Assembly (NCBI RefSeq): GCF_964204645.1
Contig: NC_134027.1
Span: 15,222,485-15,286,484 of the forward strand
Direction of reading: 5' to 3'
Length of the DNA stretch: 64,000 bases
DNA from: Tubulanus polymorphus
Lineage: Eukaryota > Animalia > Nemertea
Shown here in pieces: positions 24,162 to 38,009 of this stretch; position 1 is the first letter of the stretch; each line of letters starts with the position of its first letter. The position numbers and the translations under genes are program-made. Below the pieces are notes generated by a model. It did not search any database and was not told the DNA's origin. It was given only the letters and a program-made list of their open reading frames with translations.

Positions 24162-27100
24162 TAGGGATTTCAGGTTGAAAATTTCTATGTGTCCTATGTG
24201 TCTTTCTAATAGCTTAAAATGTAGAAGGGGATAGCATAAGCATACAGCACTTTACAGAATCAAAATTGGTCAAGCGGTTCAAAAGTTATAAGCAATCTAA
24301 GCGTGGAAATTTGGGGTATTTTTGTCATTCGAATACACTTTAGTTCATTTCCAATGAAAGTATCAGACAGGAAGTGTCTAGTTTTTGCTGCTTTTTAGCC
24401 AGATAAAGGAATTAAATTCGACATTAAAACCAATATAACTCCGAGAATTTGTATCTGTTTAAAACCAAACTTGTTGGTCAGTATGTTGTCTATACAAAGT
24501 TTGTTTAGATTCATGTAAGTAATTGCACAAATATGTAAATTAGGCTAATTTGCATACTTATTATCTAATCAATACCCACTTCTATAACCATTAACACGCA
24601 ATACTATAGTTTATTTCTCAAGATAAATGATACTTAAGACATGGAATATCAATTTTGAGATAATACACCGAAGATATCACGCATCAGGGTGATACCGATT
24701 ACCACAGTAACCATAAGGTAAGTATCAAGGCGGCCATCTTGAATCTAATTAACTACATCTTTAATGTATTTAGTTGATTCGATATGGCCTTATAGACCTT
24801 TATTATTTGAAATAACTAATCTTAGTGGATGAGTTCAATGTTTTAAAGCCTTCTGAATTAAAAGATACTAATAATATCATTATATTTCAGATACTCACTT
24901 GCCGCAGAAGAATAGGATAAAGCATTGAAGAGATTACTACATGGTTTTCCGAAATTAAATCAAATTGAAATGAAAAAGCCTTTGTTTTTCTTTAGATCCC
25001 TAGGCCCTAACAGATTTACCCATGAAATATCTATATCATGATATCTCAAATTGAGGCTCGAGGAATGGCGGCCATCTTGTTTTGCGTCGATATTTCATCG
25101 GAAAGTCAATTTTAAAAAAGTATGTCATGTTTGGTATCTAATTAAAGGTCTTTCTTTCTTGGCAAGTCATTCGAATGAAAAAGAAATATAATCCTATATA
25201 ATCCTCTAGATAATATAATCCTCTAGAATCTATTTGATTAACCATTGGTTGGTGGGTATTTTAGGCCTAGCAGCGGCAGTTATTTAGCGAAAGGGTCAAT
25301 TGGAATTGAAAAATCATGAACAAATGAATAACAACTGCTTTTCAGAGGGATATCCTAGTATTCAAGATGAGATGATTACCTAAAGGTGAAGCAGATAGGA
25401 AAAATAAAATTTCTTTTTAGCAAAAAATGAGCTAAAATTTAGACAAAACTTGGATTCTTGTGCAAAAAACTCAAATTTTTAAATTGGGTAGGCCTAACCA
25501 TTATTCGTCTTATATATTGCCGATTTCGTAATAAAGTATGAGTTTATTGAGTGAAAGTAGTGTTTTACTTGCTAAATTGACATTTAGAGTGGTAGAAATG
25601 AACCAGGAAGTGTTTTGATTGATCAGCTGACAGCCGGTGTGGAGCCGGTAGTGACCCGGATGTAAACAATTTGAAGCGCTTGCCGACTTTAGGTCAAAAT
25701 CCGCGAAAGACTACTAAATCAATCTTAAAAGTAATAATTGAAAACAATATATAAAGTATCTTATTTTATTATGTAGTAGTGTGCAAGTTGTTAAAATTAT
25801 TAATTTTAGCGTATGAGCACTTTGAATTATGTTCACGAGTTTTTCCGAGTGATACAGGGCCTACCAAAACTTGCACGCACCGACATGCTCTACTTGAAAC
25901 ATGTTCTTATAATATTCTGAGGTCAAATATCCAGCCAATCAGCAGCCGGCTCGCGGATTTGACCCAAAAAATTGCATGCGTTTTTCACGTGTTTGAAAAA
26001 TGCATGAACAAACATGGCCGCCATCTTGCGTCCTAGAAATGAACTACGACTTATTGCTCCGTAACTGTAGCGTTTCGTAGTTAGTATACATTAAAACTCT
26101 GGCATGTCTCTGCATCTACATGGTACCTGAAAAATACTCACCGGACGAGCGTGTGCACTCGCTCGTACCAGGTTTAATCATCGTGGTAGCGTGATCCTCT
26201 TTTGTATCCTCAGAGTATATATGTGTAAACGTGTACGTATGTAATAATGTATATAAAATGGCGTCGCTACTAAGGGTTCGCCTGCGTCGCGTAAACAACG
26301 GGAAAGATATTTATGAAGGGGTATACGACCACCACAGGAAGATATGTTAGTGTGTAGAATAACAAATGGCTCTCAGGCTTAACTCGACCTAGCACACGAG
26401 TAAGCATTTCCCGCAACCCCGGGTGTAGATTGCTGATAGATCCAAGAACGCAACGACTGGGCCGACTCGAAAACTACCCTCCGGGAACTAAGGATCGGGC
26501 CCAACCCTATATTAGAACCTACAGATAGCGATGCGCACCCTTCTGTCCACCCAATAACTCACGATCTCGTGGTTATACATGGACCCGAGTCGACCGTAAA
26601 ACACACCACGTCACCCACCCCCCGACGTGGAATTTCCTCGCTTGAGCCTAGATTGGATAGCGGAATAAACGGACACCGCCCGTCACCCGAACGGGATTGC
26701 ACTACGTTCCGCTGGACTCTATCCGTTCCGAGAGCGAGCCTCTACGCAGACCATGGACGCTCAGACCAAATCCACGGTTTTACTAGTTGACATACTCGTA
26801 CGAAATCGTTAATATAATTTCACGTACTGCGACAGCAGCTTTTATTTAACCACAAGAAATCAACATACGTCATGCTCAAAGACAAGATAGGTTCATACTC
26901 TGCAAATTCTTACATACTTACAAAAAGGGAAAAGACTATGCGATTGACACTTGCTATTAAACTTTAACCTCACGCAACGAACACATATAGACCGCGGACA
27001 TTACATAACCTTAAGGGTTGCCTATATGAATTTCATTTAAACTTAAGTACGCGCACATAGAAACCGGCCTTAGAGGCCTATAATAAAAACGACAACGAAG

Positions 27101-28696
27101 ACGATAATAGCTTATAATGATATCAAAAGCAATAAATATTAGACCCGTGTTAAATACTTAAGTATGAACGGGGAGAGAAGATAAGACTTAATACATAACG
27201 ATACGAATCAATCCGTCTCTAATACATGGTTGTAACTGACTAAAACAAAGCTATTTGTCACGTGACTTGTGATGCCCTTAAGAATATTTGCTAAACCACA
27301 TCTCAGTTGCTGTCGATGTGTGCGCTATGGACCTAGCGACCGGCATGAGCCACGCAGTTGCTGGTTTTTACTAAATTTTCGATGTGCGCGGGGTACTCGC
27401 TCACTAGCAACTAGTTGTCTCCAGTCGCTTTGTCGATGTGCGCTAGGCTTAAAGCTTATATACGGCCATATATATACACAATAAACAGTAATTGAATTCG
27501 CCGTAATACATAAGTATTAGCGAATAATAACGCGTAGGCCAACAACGTATTTACAACAGGAGGGATTCTGTGGGCTTAAGGCCCTTGATTTTCAACTCGG
27601 AAAGAAGGAATAGAGACGAACGGGTGCAAGAACCGAAACGCCGCCAGGCAGCGCTGTCCCCGGCCCGACTTCCATCCATCGTTAAAGGATGATCTCCGAG
27701 TAACTGACTAAACTAAAAAACCGCACGTCTTATATTCACGCATTGCCGACTCCGATGTGTTGCATCACTCCGCGTCGCTTCGCTGGTCGCTCAACAATGG
27801 CCGTCGAGGTAGATGTGCTTCTTCGCATTCTTCCATGTCGCTCTGCTGCCGGACTACGTCGTCTACTTGTCGATGCCGTATATCATTAAAAAGCTTAGAA
27901 CTTTTCTAACGGTGTGAAATGTGTGCAGGATCGTCCATTCGTAAAGATTAATAAGGTCTCGAAGGCGGTCGTCATGCGTGACCGCGTTCAGGACCGTCGA
28001 TTCAATCGTCGAATTCTCGGTATTTTTAGGATATGAAGGTGCCGAAATCATCTACTGGATTTGTAATATTGAGGATTATATAAGGACGTTAACTTCGTGA
28101 CTAGAAATTAGGGTGATAACTTATAATGATAGCCGTAAGACGTCGGTGTAGAAACTTAAACTCTCCCGCTAGTCGAGCGGGCCATGTGCTCGTACCGGAA
28201 GTAAACAAACCGGCGAAATCGTCTCAACTAATAAACTACAGCTCGTGTCGCCTAAAAATGATGAAATTCGTAGATGCTTTCACCGAGTCAAGACTTTATA
28301 ATCCTCTTTCAAACGGTATCGTACATGATAGCTTTCGATAATTATTTCGTGTGTAAAAGGCGAGATAAATGCTGCGGCGGTACTATTTACCACCGGGAAC
28401 AATTTCGGGATTAAGGAGTCGCGGGTTATCGTCGGCGCCGGAGTAAGGGGAAGGTATCTTCTGCAAGGTCGCTAATAAACAAGGGGAAGGAGGTCTTGAG
28501 AAATGAAATTTTGTTACATAACTATGCAAGATACACTCATGAAATTTACACCACAACAAATAACCGGTAAATTGAGTATACTGAGCAAGTTTGGCTTTAA
28601 TCGGATATAGACTACGTTTTTTATGAGCGATTGAAGATTTGAAGCGTGGAAAACGCTAATTATGACACATTTTGATCACGTGACCTGAAATCCCTA
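24162..28696. mobile_element. Non-autonomous hAT-like DNA transposon containing a solo LTR
   Basis: 14-bp TIR TAGGGATTTCAGGT / ACCTGAAATCCCTA flanked by direct repeat GTCAAGG (7 bp; hAT normally 8). Confidence 0.5.
26066..28518. mobile_element. Solo LTR (~2.45 kb), Gypsy-like
   Basis: TGTAGC...GTTACA termini, 4-bp TSD TAAC (26062-26065, 28519-28522), and a second copy at 1-1981. Confidence 0.7.
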
Positions 28697-29302
28697 GTCA
28701 AGGCACTGTTTATTTTGAGCCGTATTCCCGGTACTCGAGATTCCCGGAGGATCAGAAACAAATAAATATTTTTCGCAAGAGAAATCAATTTTTGTATTGA
28801 CATATCGATTTATTTCTGGCAGAAAAAAATTGTTCGATTGATGTTCAACGCGTTCCATTTTTCACGGTACCGTAATTAGAAAATTCGTAGTAATCTTCTC
28901 GTCTTCCAATTTTTCAAATGGAGCTAATCTCTAAATTAACAACCAGGTCAAAATTGTTCAATCTTGCAAAATTACCGTACCGGTATCAGTTTCACCATGT
29001 CCATAAGGTCGAAGGGTCGAGTACACTCTCCCCTTCAACCTTTGACTTGAACCCCTATTATCCCTATTACTCTTAAAATATTCATATAAATGAACATTAT
29101 TTACATGAATTTCATATATTTTAAAATCATTTATATGTTAATTACAAAAGTGTGAGTAAAGTGTGAGTAATAATTCATATTTTAACAGATTTCGAATAAA
29201 AATATAAGTAAAATAAATGGATAACTAAAAGAATATAAAAGTGTGAGTAAAGTGTGAGTGAAATAGTTTATATTTTAAACATATTTCAATATTTACATTT
29301 GA

Positions 29303-29971
29303 ATGAGTTTTAATGGAAGTTTTGTTATAAAAATGAAAACAGAAGAAGAAGAACCCAAATTCAAAATCGAAATAAAAGAAACCAATAAATTATTTTCACA
29401 GTTTAACATTAAAAATTATATATCAGCAACAAATTTAGTGTCCGCAAGATATTATAAAATTGTAAATATTACTGGAATTAATCAAATATCATCAAATGAA
29501 ACATATTTAATTACTGAACTAATTGATACTTTTGATAATGGCGTTAAAAATCCTAAACTGTTGAATACAGTTTTAAAATTAAAAGGAACTTTAGATGAAA
29601 ACATAATTAATATTCTTCCAATTCCTTGCAATGAAAGAAAAAGTGATATAATACTTTCTAAAGATTACAATGATTTGATTAACTTAAGAATTGAAAAAAG
29701 ACAATTATATTATTTCAATTTTGATAATAAACAAATCATCTATAATGAAAATTCATCAAATATTGGTATTCAATGTGAATTAGATAATGAAAAATCATTC
29801 AAAGATGTTGCAGTTCAATGTTATTTAGATGATGAATTTAGAAAATTCAATCCTAATGAGAAAGTGTATTGTTATTGTGGTGGCAAATATTTAAAATCAC
29901 ATAAATCAAAGCATTATCAAACAGTTAAACATATCAATTATGAAAAGAATAATAATTCTATATTGAAATAA
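29303..29971 (+). CDS. Hypothetical protein with C-terminal C2H2-type Zn finger (222 aa)
   Basis: Intact ORF with CYCGGKYLKSHKSKHYQTVKH; disrupted mirror copy at 38135-38800. Confidence 0.65.
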   Translation: MSFNGSFVIKMKTEEEEPKFKIEIKETNKLFSQFNIKNYISATNLVSARYYKIVNITGINQISSNETYLITELIDTFDNGVKNPKLLNTVLKLKGTLDENIINILPIPCNERKSDIILSKDYNDLINLRIEKRQLYYFNFDNKQIIYNENSSNIGIQCELDNEKSFKDVAVQCYLDDEFRKFNPNEKVYCYCGGKYLKSHKSKHYQTVKHINYEKNNNSILK

Positions 29972-30095
29972 GATTAAACTGTATGAGTAATTGGAAAATT
30001 TCAAGTATCATAACTCAAAAATAATAATTCAACTCTAAATATTCATATTCAAAATAAGATATTTCAAATTACTTTTAATTTTTTTCTTTAAATAA

Positions 30096-30332
30096 ATGGA
30101 CGATTTCAGCATTCCAACTGGGAAAAGTGATTTGAAGCATTATCTTGTAGCAGGAGGTTTAATATTGGCAGCATTATATTTTTACTATGAAATTATCAGT
30201 AAGGATCTAATGAATGAAAATAATAAATTGAGCAAGAAATTAAAGAAGCTAAATGGGAACAATCACAGAAAGAATAACAATAAAAAAGTTAATGATTTAA
30301 AAGAATTAGAGGATTTAAACAGCACCTTTTAA
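30096..30332 (+). CDS. Small single-TM basic protein (78 aa)
   Basis: TAAATG start, TM segment YLVAGGLILAALYFYY, mirror copy at 37788-38009. Confidence 0.6.
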   Translation: MDDFSIPTGKSDLKHYLVAGGLILAALYFYYEIISKDLMNENNKLSKKLKKLNGNNHRKNNNKKVNDLKELEDLNSTF

Positions 30333-30364
30333 TTTAATTTATTCTATATTTTTTGACTATAAAA

Positions 30365-30664
30365 ATGAGTGAAAATAAGGTATTAGAAATATTACATCTA
30401 ATATATAAAATTCAACAGAATATTAAATCAATTATTATGATTTCAGTTTTATTTTCATTCTCAGTTTATACTATAAAACAGTTGTTTTATGATAGCTGTA
30501 AAATTAGATATACAGAATTAAAAGATAACATAAATTATATTTCAGATAGAATTAATAATATTAAGTGTTGTGAAATATGTAATAAAAGATATAAAAGTAA
30601 AAAGAGTTTGAGAAATCACATGTTTATTCATGAACTTGATGAAAAATCATATGAATCAAAATAA
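30365..30664 (+). CDS. Small TM plus C2H2 Zn-finger protein
   Basis: MSENKVLE...CEICNKRYKSKKSLRNHMFIH; mirror copy at 37435-37740. Confidence 0.6.
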   Translation: MSENKVLEILHLIYKIQQNIKSIIMISVLFSFSVYTIKQLFYDSCKIRYTELKDNINYISDRINNIKCCEICNKRYKSKKSLRNHMFIHELDEKSYESK

Positions 30665-31682
30665 GAAATCGACTGTTAAATTAGCTGAAAATGTAAGGCA
30701 ACAAAAAGATGTCTTGTTTCTCATGATTTTGAAATCCCGCCCGCATCGGAAAAATCATCGGCAAATTAGCGATACAAATAAAGTCCGCCCTCCCGCATCA
30801 TAGCTCGAAAATAAATTTGTTTTTTTTTCTTAAATTAAAATCTGCCCGCCCGCATTGATATATAACGCATATCGTCATCTTTTTATCATTTTATTTCTCT
30901 ATGAACGTATCAAGAAAAGTTGATCGTATAAATATCATCGGCACCACACTGGTGACTCGAACCCATATCAACGGAGTCGGTTACCGTAGGCCTAAATGTC
31001 AAATGCCAAGGTCGCTGTGGTGCTTGATTTCTGGCGTGATTCTTATTTCGAAGCGATTTCTCTTGGTAAAATGTGGTGCTAATAGCGTCCAAGATGTTGC
31101 TATTTGTTCAAATAATATTCCAAAAGAAGCCAATACTACGTTGGCCAATTCTACAAGTATCTCCAGAGTCAACAGTGATGGAGTTGGCCGGTTCTTACTC
31201 AAACTTGACAGTTAGTAAAGAAATGCGTGACGTTCACGAGAAGTATATAGAGTGTCCAGATTTACTGAAAGCCGATATTTCTAGGACCGTAGGAGGTCAC
31301 TTTCAGTCAATACCTGTGACATCTGTAATCAGTGATTTAAAAGACATCGGTATATATGTAAAATATACTTTGGAGACAAAAAAGGCCAGTAGCAGTACAG
31401 TACCAGAGCGGAATGCATTCCAGACGTTAATGGCTGCAGCTGCAAGAAAATCCTGGCCCCCGATAATTGATCCAATAAGAAACAAAAAAGATGAACTGTT
31501 TAATCATGTGTTGCTAGTCTTTAAAACCATGGGTGGACCAGGCTGGCCAGCATCATCATTGACGATTGGGAATAACTTCGTCACATTATTGACCGATGTC
31601 ATGTGGATGTTAGACGGCAATCATGTAAGTAGCTGACTTATACATGTCTGTTTTTCCTTAAAACTTGCTGATTTTTATTTAA

Positions 31683-32055
31683 GGCCAAAACAAAAACGTG
31701 TGGTTACGGTCTCCCAATCGATTCAAATGAATTACGCCAAGTCATTTTATTTTATTGACTTAATTTTCGTCATCTAAAATTTTGGAGTAACCGTTTTTCA
31801 TTGTTCATGTTCAAACATCCGGAAAATGCACAACACATATAAAAGTCAGCGATAAAACTTTTTCAAAATCGACATTTAATATGAATATTGCAAGTTAATT
31901 TTCTTGCTATAGTATGTCGTAAGTTTACCCCATTAGCGCGTTCCCAATTCATTTTCAAATAAAAGGTTTTTGAAAAAATAAAACAATTTTCCTACCTACC
32001 TACCCAAAAAAAAAATTGGAGGCGATAGTAACCACACATATATTTTGTTTTGGCC
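31683..32055. mobile_element. MITE with GGCC termini and TAA TSD (Zator- or Harbinger-type)
   Basis: TAA|GGCCAAAACAAAAACGTGTGGTTAC...GTAACCACACATATTTTGTTTTGGCC|TAA. Confidence 0.8.
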
Positions 32056-32224
32056 TAAGCTGTACATAAAATTCTACAAGGTCAGAGAATACATGTTGTT
32101 ATATGCCTATTAACCAAAATGTTGCTCAATTTAGAATTGACGGCTGTCTGCCCAGTACCCCCTCCCCATTTTAGGAATTTTTCAATCAACGAGAAATTGT
32201 ATTAAATCGTCTTCCAGCATCTCA

Positions 32225-33332
32225 TTTTTAGCACACTTGGGACTTTAGTCCCAGCGGGCTATTGCGTTCACTTTTCGTCCGTCGTCCGTTCGTTCGTCCG
32301 TCCGCCCGTAGACGGAATCCAGTTATTTTGGAAAGTTTTGAAGACGCTTCAATGGATTGTCTTCGATCTTTAATTTATACATGTATCTACCCTAGATACA
32401 CCTTCTGCCCGAAAACTGGTCCGATTAGAATAAAGAGTGCTGACTGGCGGCCATTATTGTTCGCCAAAATCAGCACTTACACATTTTTGAAGTTTTCAAG
32501 GGAAATTTTAAAGATGCTTTGATCAATTATCTTGATCTTTCGTATGTATTTGTATCCCCCAAGGGCCTATCAGCATAAGACAAATTGGGTCGATCACACT
32601 CAAGATGGCCGTCCTGTGACCTTTTTTGTGCCCAAAAATGTCAATTTTCCTGTAGCTTCCTACTGGTAGCTGAGTCCTGTAGCTTCCTACTGGTTTGCCA
32701 TTTTTCATTGAAATTTGCGATGGCTATTCTCTGAAAAGGAATCTTTAATATCTAGACAGGTATTTCTGATCAGCCAATTATCATGCAATTGGCGGTTATC
32801 TTGGTGTCATCAGTACTCATTCCTAGGTGGAAAATACCTAAGCATATTTTGTTACCACAATCAATTGGAAAGTTGTAGCTCATAACATGTTCTATGATTG
32901 TGGTGAGTTTCAAGGTCATTGGTTTTTGTATATGGCCACCAGGGGTGCTGAATTATACAATAACTTAGTATTTCTATATTATATTCATACCTATGCATAT
33001 TTTGTTACCACCATCTATTGCAAAGTTGTAGCTCATGACATGTTCTATGATTGTGGTGAGTTTCAAGGTCATTAGTTTTTCTATATGGTCACCAGGGGCG
33101 TTGAATAGTAGAATAACTTAGTATTTCCTTATTATATTGGTACCTAGGCATATTTTGTTACCATAATCAATTGCAAAATTGTAGGTCATGACATGTTCTA
33201 TGATTGTGGGGAGTTTCAAGGTCATTGGTTTTTGTATATGGTCACCAGCAGGCGTTGAATATTGAAATTGTTAGATTGTTGAGCATTTGAAACCACTTCC
33301 CAAGAGGGCATGGTGTCCCTGGACCCCTATTT
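32225..33332 (+). mobile_element. Helentron-associated interspersed element (HINE/DINE-like)
   Basis: TTTTTAGC start, GGGACT..AGTCCC stem, (CGTC)n microsatellite, ~125-bp internal tandem units, 3' GGTGTCCCTGGACCCCTA. Other copies at 58120, 60592 and 62630. Confidence 0.7.
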
Positions 33333-36300
33333 GTTTCTCTTCGGATATTAAAATTCATTGTGATCAATTTGCGGAAAATGTTTTAATGCGTTTTTTCCGG
33401 AAAGCATAAAATTTCCACTAACTTTTCGCACAAGACTTTGAATGGAAGCTATATGCATGTTTAAAATGTTTCATATCTATTTTCAGGATAAATTAGCTAC
33501 TCGGAGCTGCGAAATCCCAACAGCACTCAAGCCACTAAATGGGTATAATCGCCCGGAGCTCCACAAACATAAACGTACGCAACTATCTGAAACGGAGATG
33601 TCATCATTTAGAGATATGTTATTTACTGTTTTACAACAGGTAAGCCCCCTTGAATTTTCATACTTTAAAATTATGTTTTACCGAGTTAGAGAAAATTAAT
33701 TATACTTTAGCGAATATATTCACAAACAAGATTGTAAATGTAAAATATATTCTACACAAGAACACGTCATGGGCATTATTTCAAGGATGTCTGTATTGCA
33801 TTTTTATTTTCTTTAACTGACTATGAACTATATCAATAGTTTAAATTCAATGGTGGACAGCAGACTTTGTATTTCTATGTATTACTTTGACGGACTGATC
33901 TGTGGGCAAGTCATGTATTCCACAAACAAAATTTTGACAAGGGATTATCAAATGCAAATACTTTTATATTCTAGAAATGGATTTCTACAGATGACCAATG
34001 GAAGCACATGAAGGAGATGGTAAAGAACCTAGCTATGGCATTAGACAAGTATATCGATTATCTGAATAAGAAAACAGCAGAAATGAATCGGATACACAGT
34101 TTACAGGAACCAGTACGGAGTGTTGATGACGCTTATAGTACTATAGACTTGCCATATGGTATGCCATTTCCCAAAATCCATGCTGAATATATGACATACA
34201 TTTATGAAGCTTTAACTGTATTGGGTGACAATGAACCTCTATTTCTGAACCAATACCTACCTGAAAATCCTCAACAAAGGTACAAAGTTATAAATAGCAT
34301 AAAAATTATGGTGTTGGATTTAGGTCTGTCTTGTACACTTACAGTACTGGAAACAACCTTGGTTCCTTGCATTTTGTATGGAAATGGTCAGAAAATGAAG
34401 ATACAATAGATTCAAATAGCCATGTTATCCTTAAACTGTCGGCCGACATGCCAAAATTCCATACACGTGAAATGCGCTAAGTTGTTGAAAAAATGGTCGG
34501 TTCTGTAGTAAAATTAAAACCTCTGGTATTCAGAAATATCAATAAACTTATTTCGGGTGATATGTCTGTTGGAGAAACTGCAGAGCAGGCCATAATTGAT
34601 TCACGTGTCAGGCTTATTATGGAATCTGGGGACGTAGATCTGGTGGCAGATATGAGAACCTTAAATCAAGGCCGGGAAGCCAAGTTTGAGCCGTTTTGGG
34701 TTGAGGTGGAGAAGTATTTAAATGAAATTTGTGGCGAGGTTATAGATGATCGTCGTCATGATGCTGTGTGCCATATTGCCATGTCCATCCACCACCTACA
34801 CAAAGAAGTTTCCAGCCGTTGTCCAGAATGGCTTAGACTTCAATTTTGGCCGAAGGACCCATATTCAAAATCTGCCTACCAATACACGGGTAGGTTAAAA
34901 TTGAAGTATATGGTGCAGAAAAGGCAGGCGAGGCACTCACACATTGATTCTCACTATGTATCAGCATTGTACAAGTACGAACGTGAGATGGCCATTAGGT
35001 TTAGAGATAAATGTGTCTTTATTTCAATAGATGATAAACATAAAATCAAATTAGGTGAACCGGGATATCCTGTGGCAGCGTGTGATCATGGTAAGCAGGT
35101 AATTGTAGACAATGATAAGCTATTTTCAGTTTGCGATCGTGATTTCACAGTTTGGGTTGACTCCAAGTGTGACATTGCTCATTGATGTGCCAGACTCAAT
35201 CACTGGGAGTTTCTATTCTGGGCAAGTCTTTGTAAATCTCAAAGATAGTATATTAGAACCGTCTAGCCCAATTCGACATGCCACTGAAATTATCAAGATA
35301 TTGGATACTCAGGTTAGAAAGCCAATTCTGTTTATTTATTCCTGTGGGCAGACTGGTCAATACAGTTTCTGCCATAAAAAATGTGGTGCATTCGATTGCC
35401 AGCTCTGCTCCCTTTCAACTATACCGGCAGACGACTTCAAGGAAATACATTTCCTCCCATTGCCTGTGGTGGATGATTCTGGGGAACATTACAAACCATT
35501 TACTGAGGTTTATGGTACAAAAACCACCGACAAGCCCCCATCTAGCACCCGGAAAACAGGTGGGCATGAAATTCCCTTCAATCCTACAGCACAAACTGCT
35601 AAAAATGTTGGTGAAATTGCTATTTGTAGCGAGTGTGACAAATCCCGTGTTTTATATTCGGCTAAAATGCTATCGCCTAAAGAACGGGAAAATCTTATGG
35701 TCTTGATGGAGTCTGTGCTCTATGTGTGTGGTACCACTATAAAAGAAATAGTGTTTGAATCTGAAAATGAAGATGGGAAGTTGTTAGGCGATGAGGTATA
35801 CATACGCAAAAATCTAAACTGCTTATCGCCTATTGAAGTCCCGTATTACTCCAGTCAACTGTTTGTCAATATCTGCACCAATTGTGGGGGTCAGGAGGAT
35901 TTTCCACTGCAGCTGGTTCGGTTGACTTGTACCCCATCTGTGAACCCTGCTTTGACACAAAATTAGGTCGTGTTCTCAAGCGTAAAAGGAAAGTATTTGA
36001 CAAGTAAATTTTGGCACACTTCATATGTACGTATTGCCTTGAATTAGATTCTAATTTGCAGCCTGTAGAACATTGGGCTTCAAGTAAATTTGCATTTTTA
36101 CATATTGTATTTTTATACATTTTTGTTGGTTGAAAAGTTTATACTCCATATTGGGCTTTGGCTCTAGATGGTCTCAAATCATATGAACATTATTATGTTA
36201 AAATTCTGTAATTCATTTTTATCAAGTTTGTAATTTCATTTTATAAACCAAGCCAATGTCTAGTATAAATTCCGACAAGGTCCCTTAAGTGTAAGGCCAA

Positions 36301-36849
36301 ATTGTATGTTTCCCATCAATATTGGGCGTTGCTTCTCGATGGTCTCAAATCGTATCTATATTAATATTACGTTAAAACTGTAATTCATTTTTATTAAGTT
36401 TGTAATTTCATTTTATAAATCAAGTTTGTTAATCATTCAATTAAGTTTTGTAACATTTTATGGTTAATAGAATGTTTTTATTGTTTAATTTTGAAGTTTA
36501 CTCTTTTTTTATTTGATGTGTTGCAATGGATTTTCAGGATTCACCAATCATTTTCAGGATTAAGCAGTGATTTTCCAGTTAAATAAAAATAAAAAACTAC
36601 CTCCCGCATCTGTAGAGAATATGTCAGAAGGGATATTTTTATTGATATAATAAAAATAAAAAAACACCTCCCGCATCTCCAAAAAAAATTCAAACAGTTC
36701 TTTTTATTTCTACTTTTTTTAAGTACATAAAAATAAAAACCGCCCGCCCTCGTCATGGTAAAAAACAAAAGTGTGATGAGAAACAGGGCATCTTTTTTTT
36801 TTTAAATATATTAGTTGAAATGTATGAAAATGAGAAAAAAAATAAAAAC

Positions 36850-37410
36850 ATATATAATAAATCTGTGAGATGAATAAATATTATTACTGAAAAAGTAATA
36901 TGTAATAAATCTATGATATTTATCATTATTGAAACAGTAATATATAATAAATCTGTGAGATAAATAAATATTATATTTATCATTACTGAATCAAATTTAT
37001 ATAATAAATCTATGATATTTATTACTGAATCAAATATATATGATGACTCTATGTGTGTTGGTTGGTTGTGTCTTTATTGTCCTTAGTAGTTTTAGTACTT
37101 TTAGTACATAAAGAATAAATATTTATATTATTCTTACTGAATAAAATTATTTTTAAAACTACTAAACTACTAAAGACAATAAAGACACAGATTTATCATT
37201 ACTGAAACAGTAATATTTAATAAATCTATGATATTTATTATTTTGAAACAGTAATATATAATAAATCTATGTGATAAATAAATATTATTATTGAAACTGG
37301 GTCTTTATCTCCTTAGTAGTTTAGTAGTTCTATTTTATTTTTCAACTACTAATAAAATAAATATTTATTCTTTATGTACTAAAAGTACTAAGACAATAAA
37401 GACATAAGGG
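36850..37410. repeat. AT-rich tandem and palindromic spacer of element B
   Basis: Repeated ATAATAAATCT(G/A)TG..TATTACTGAA units; palindromes TGTGTCTTTATTGTC...GACAATAAAGACACA. Confidence 0.7.
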
Positions 37411-37434
37411 GTATTATTTGAAATATCATATATC

Positions 37435-37740
37435 TTAATTTGAATTATACAGTTTATTGTTAAGCTCATGAATAAAAAAGTGATTCCTTAATGATTTTTT
37501 ATTTTTATATCTTTTATTGCATATTTCACTGCATTTGATATTATTTATTCGATCTGATGGATAATTTACGTTATCTTTTAATTCTGTATATTTAATTTTA
37601 CAGCTATCATAGAATTCTAACAACTGTTTTATAGTATAAACTGAGAATGAAAATAAACCTGAAATCATAATAATTGATTGAATATTCTGTTGATTTTTAT
37701 ATATTAGATGTAATATTTCTAATACCTTATTTTCACTCAT
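37435..37740 (-). CDS. Mirror copy of the TM plus Zn-finger protein
   Basis: Inverted homolog of 30365-30664. Confidence 0.55.
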   Translation of the reverse strand: MSENKVLEILHLIYKNQQNIQSIIMISGLFSFSVYTIKQLLEFYDSCKIKYTELKDNVNYPSDRINNIKCSEICNKRYKNKKSLRNHFFIHELNNKLYNSN

Positions 37741-37787
37741 TTTTATAGTTAAAATATATAGAATGAATTAAATTAAAAGATGCTGTT

Positions 37788-38009
37788 TTAATCCTCTAAT
37801 TCTTTTAAATCATTAACTTTTTTATTGTTATTCTTTCTGTGATTGTTCCCATTTAGCTTCTTTAATTTCTTGCTCAATTTATTATTTTCATTCATTAGAT
37901 CCTTACTGATATTTTCATAGTAAAAATATAATGCTGCCAATATTAAACCTCCTGCTACAAGATAATGCTTCAAATCACTTTTCCCAGTTGGAATGCTGAA
38001 ATCATCCAT
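37788..38009 (-). CDS. Mirror copy of the small TM protein
   Basis: Inverted homolog of 30096-30332. Confidence 0.55.
   Translation of the reverse strand: MDDFSIPTGKSDLKHYLVAGGLILAALYFYYENISKDLMNENNKLSKKLKKLNGNNHRKNNNKKVNDLKELED

Larger units (their letters stand above)
31000..36008 (+). pseudogene. Spliced transposase pseudogene (Zator/TP36-like)
   Basis: Exons ~31000-31624 (GTAAGT donor), 33487-33639 (TTTCAG...GTAAGC) and ~33975-36008. Motifs FISIDDKHKIKLGEPG, (D)RDF, LTPSV and EPSSPIRHATE. Apparent deletion after LFIYS removes later catalytic residues. The superfamily call is from recalled motifs. Confidence 0.55.
30697..36802 (+). mobile_element. Zator-like DNA transposon nested in element B
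   Basis: Left end TAA|GGCAACAAAAAGATGTCTTGTTTCTCAT; imperfect inverted copy ATGAGAAACAGGGCATCTTTTT...TAA at 36776-36805; CCCGC(A/C) subterminal repeats at both ends; encodes a DDE-like protein. Confidence 0.55.
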
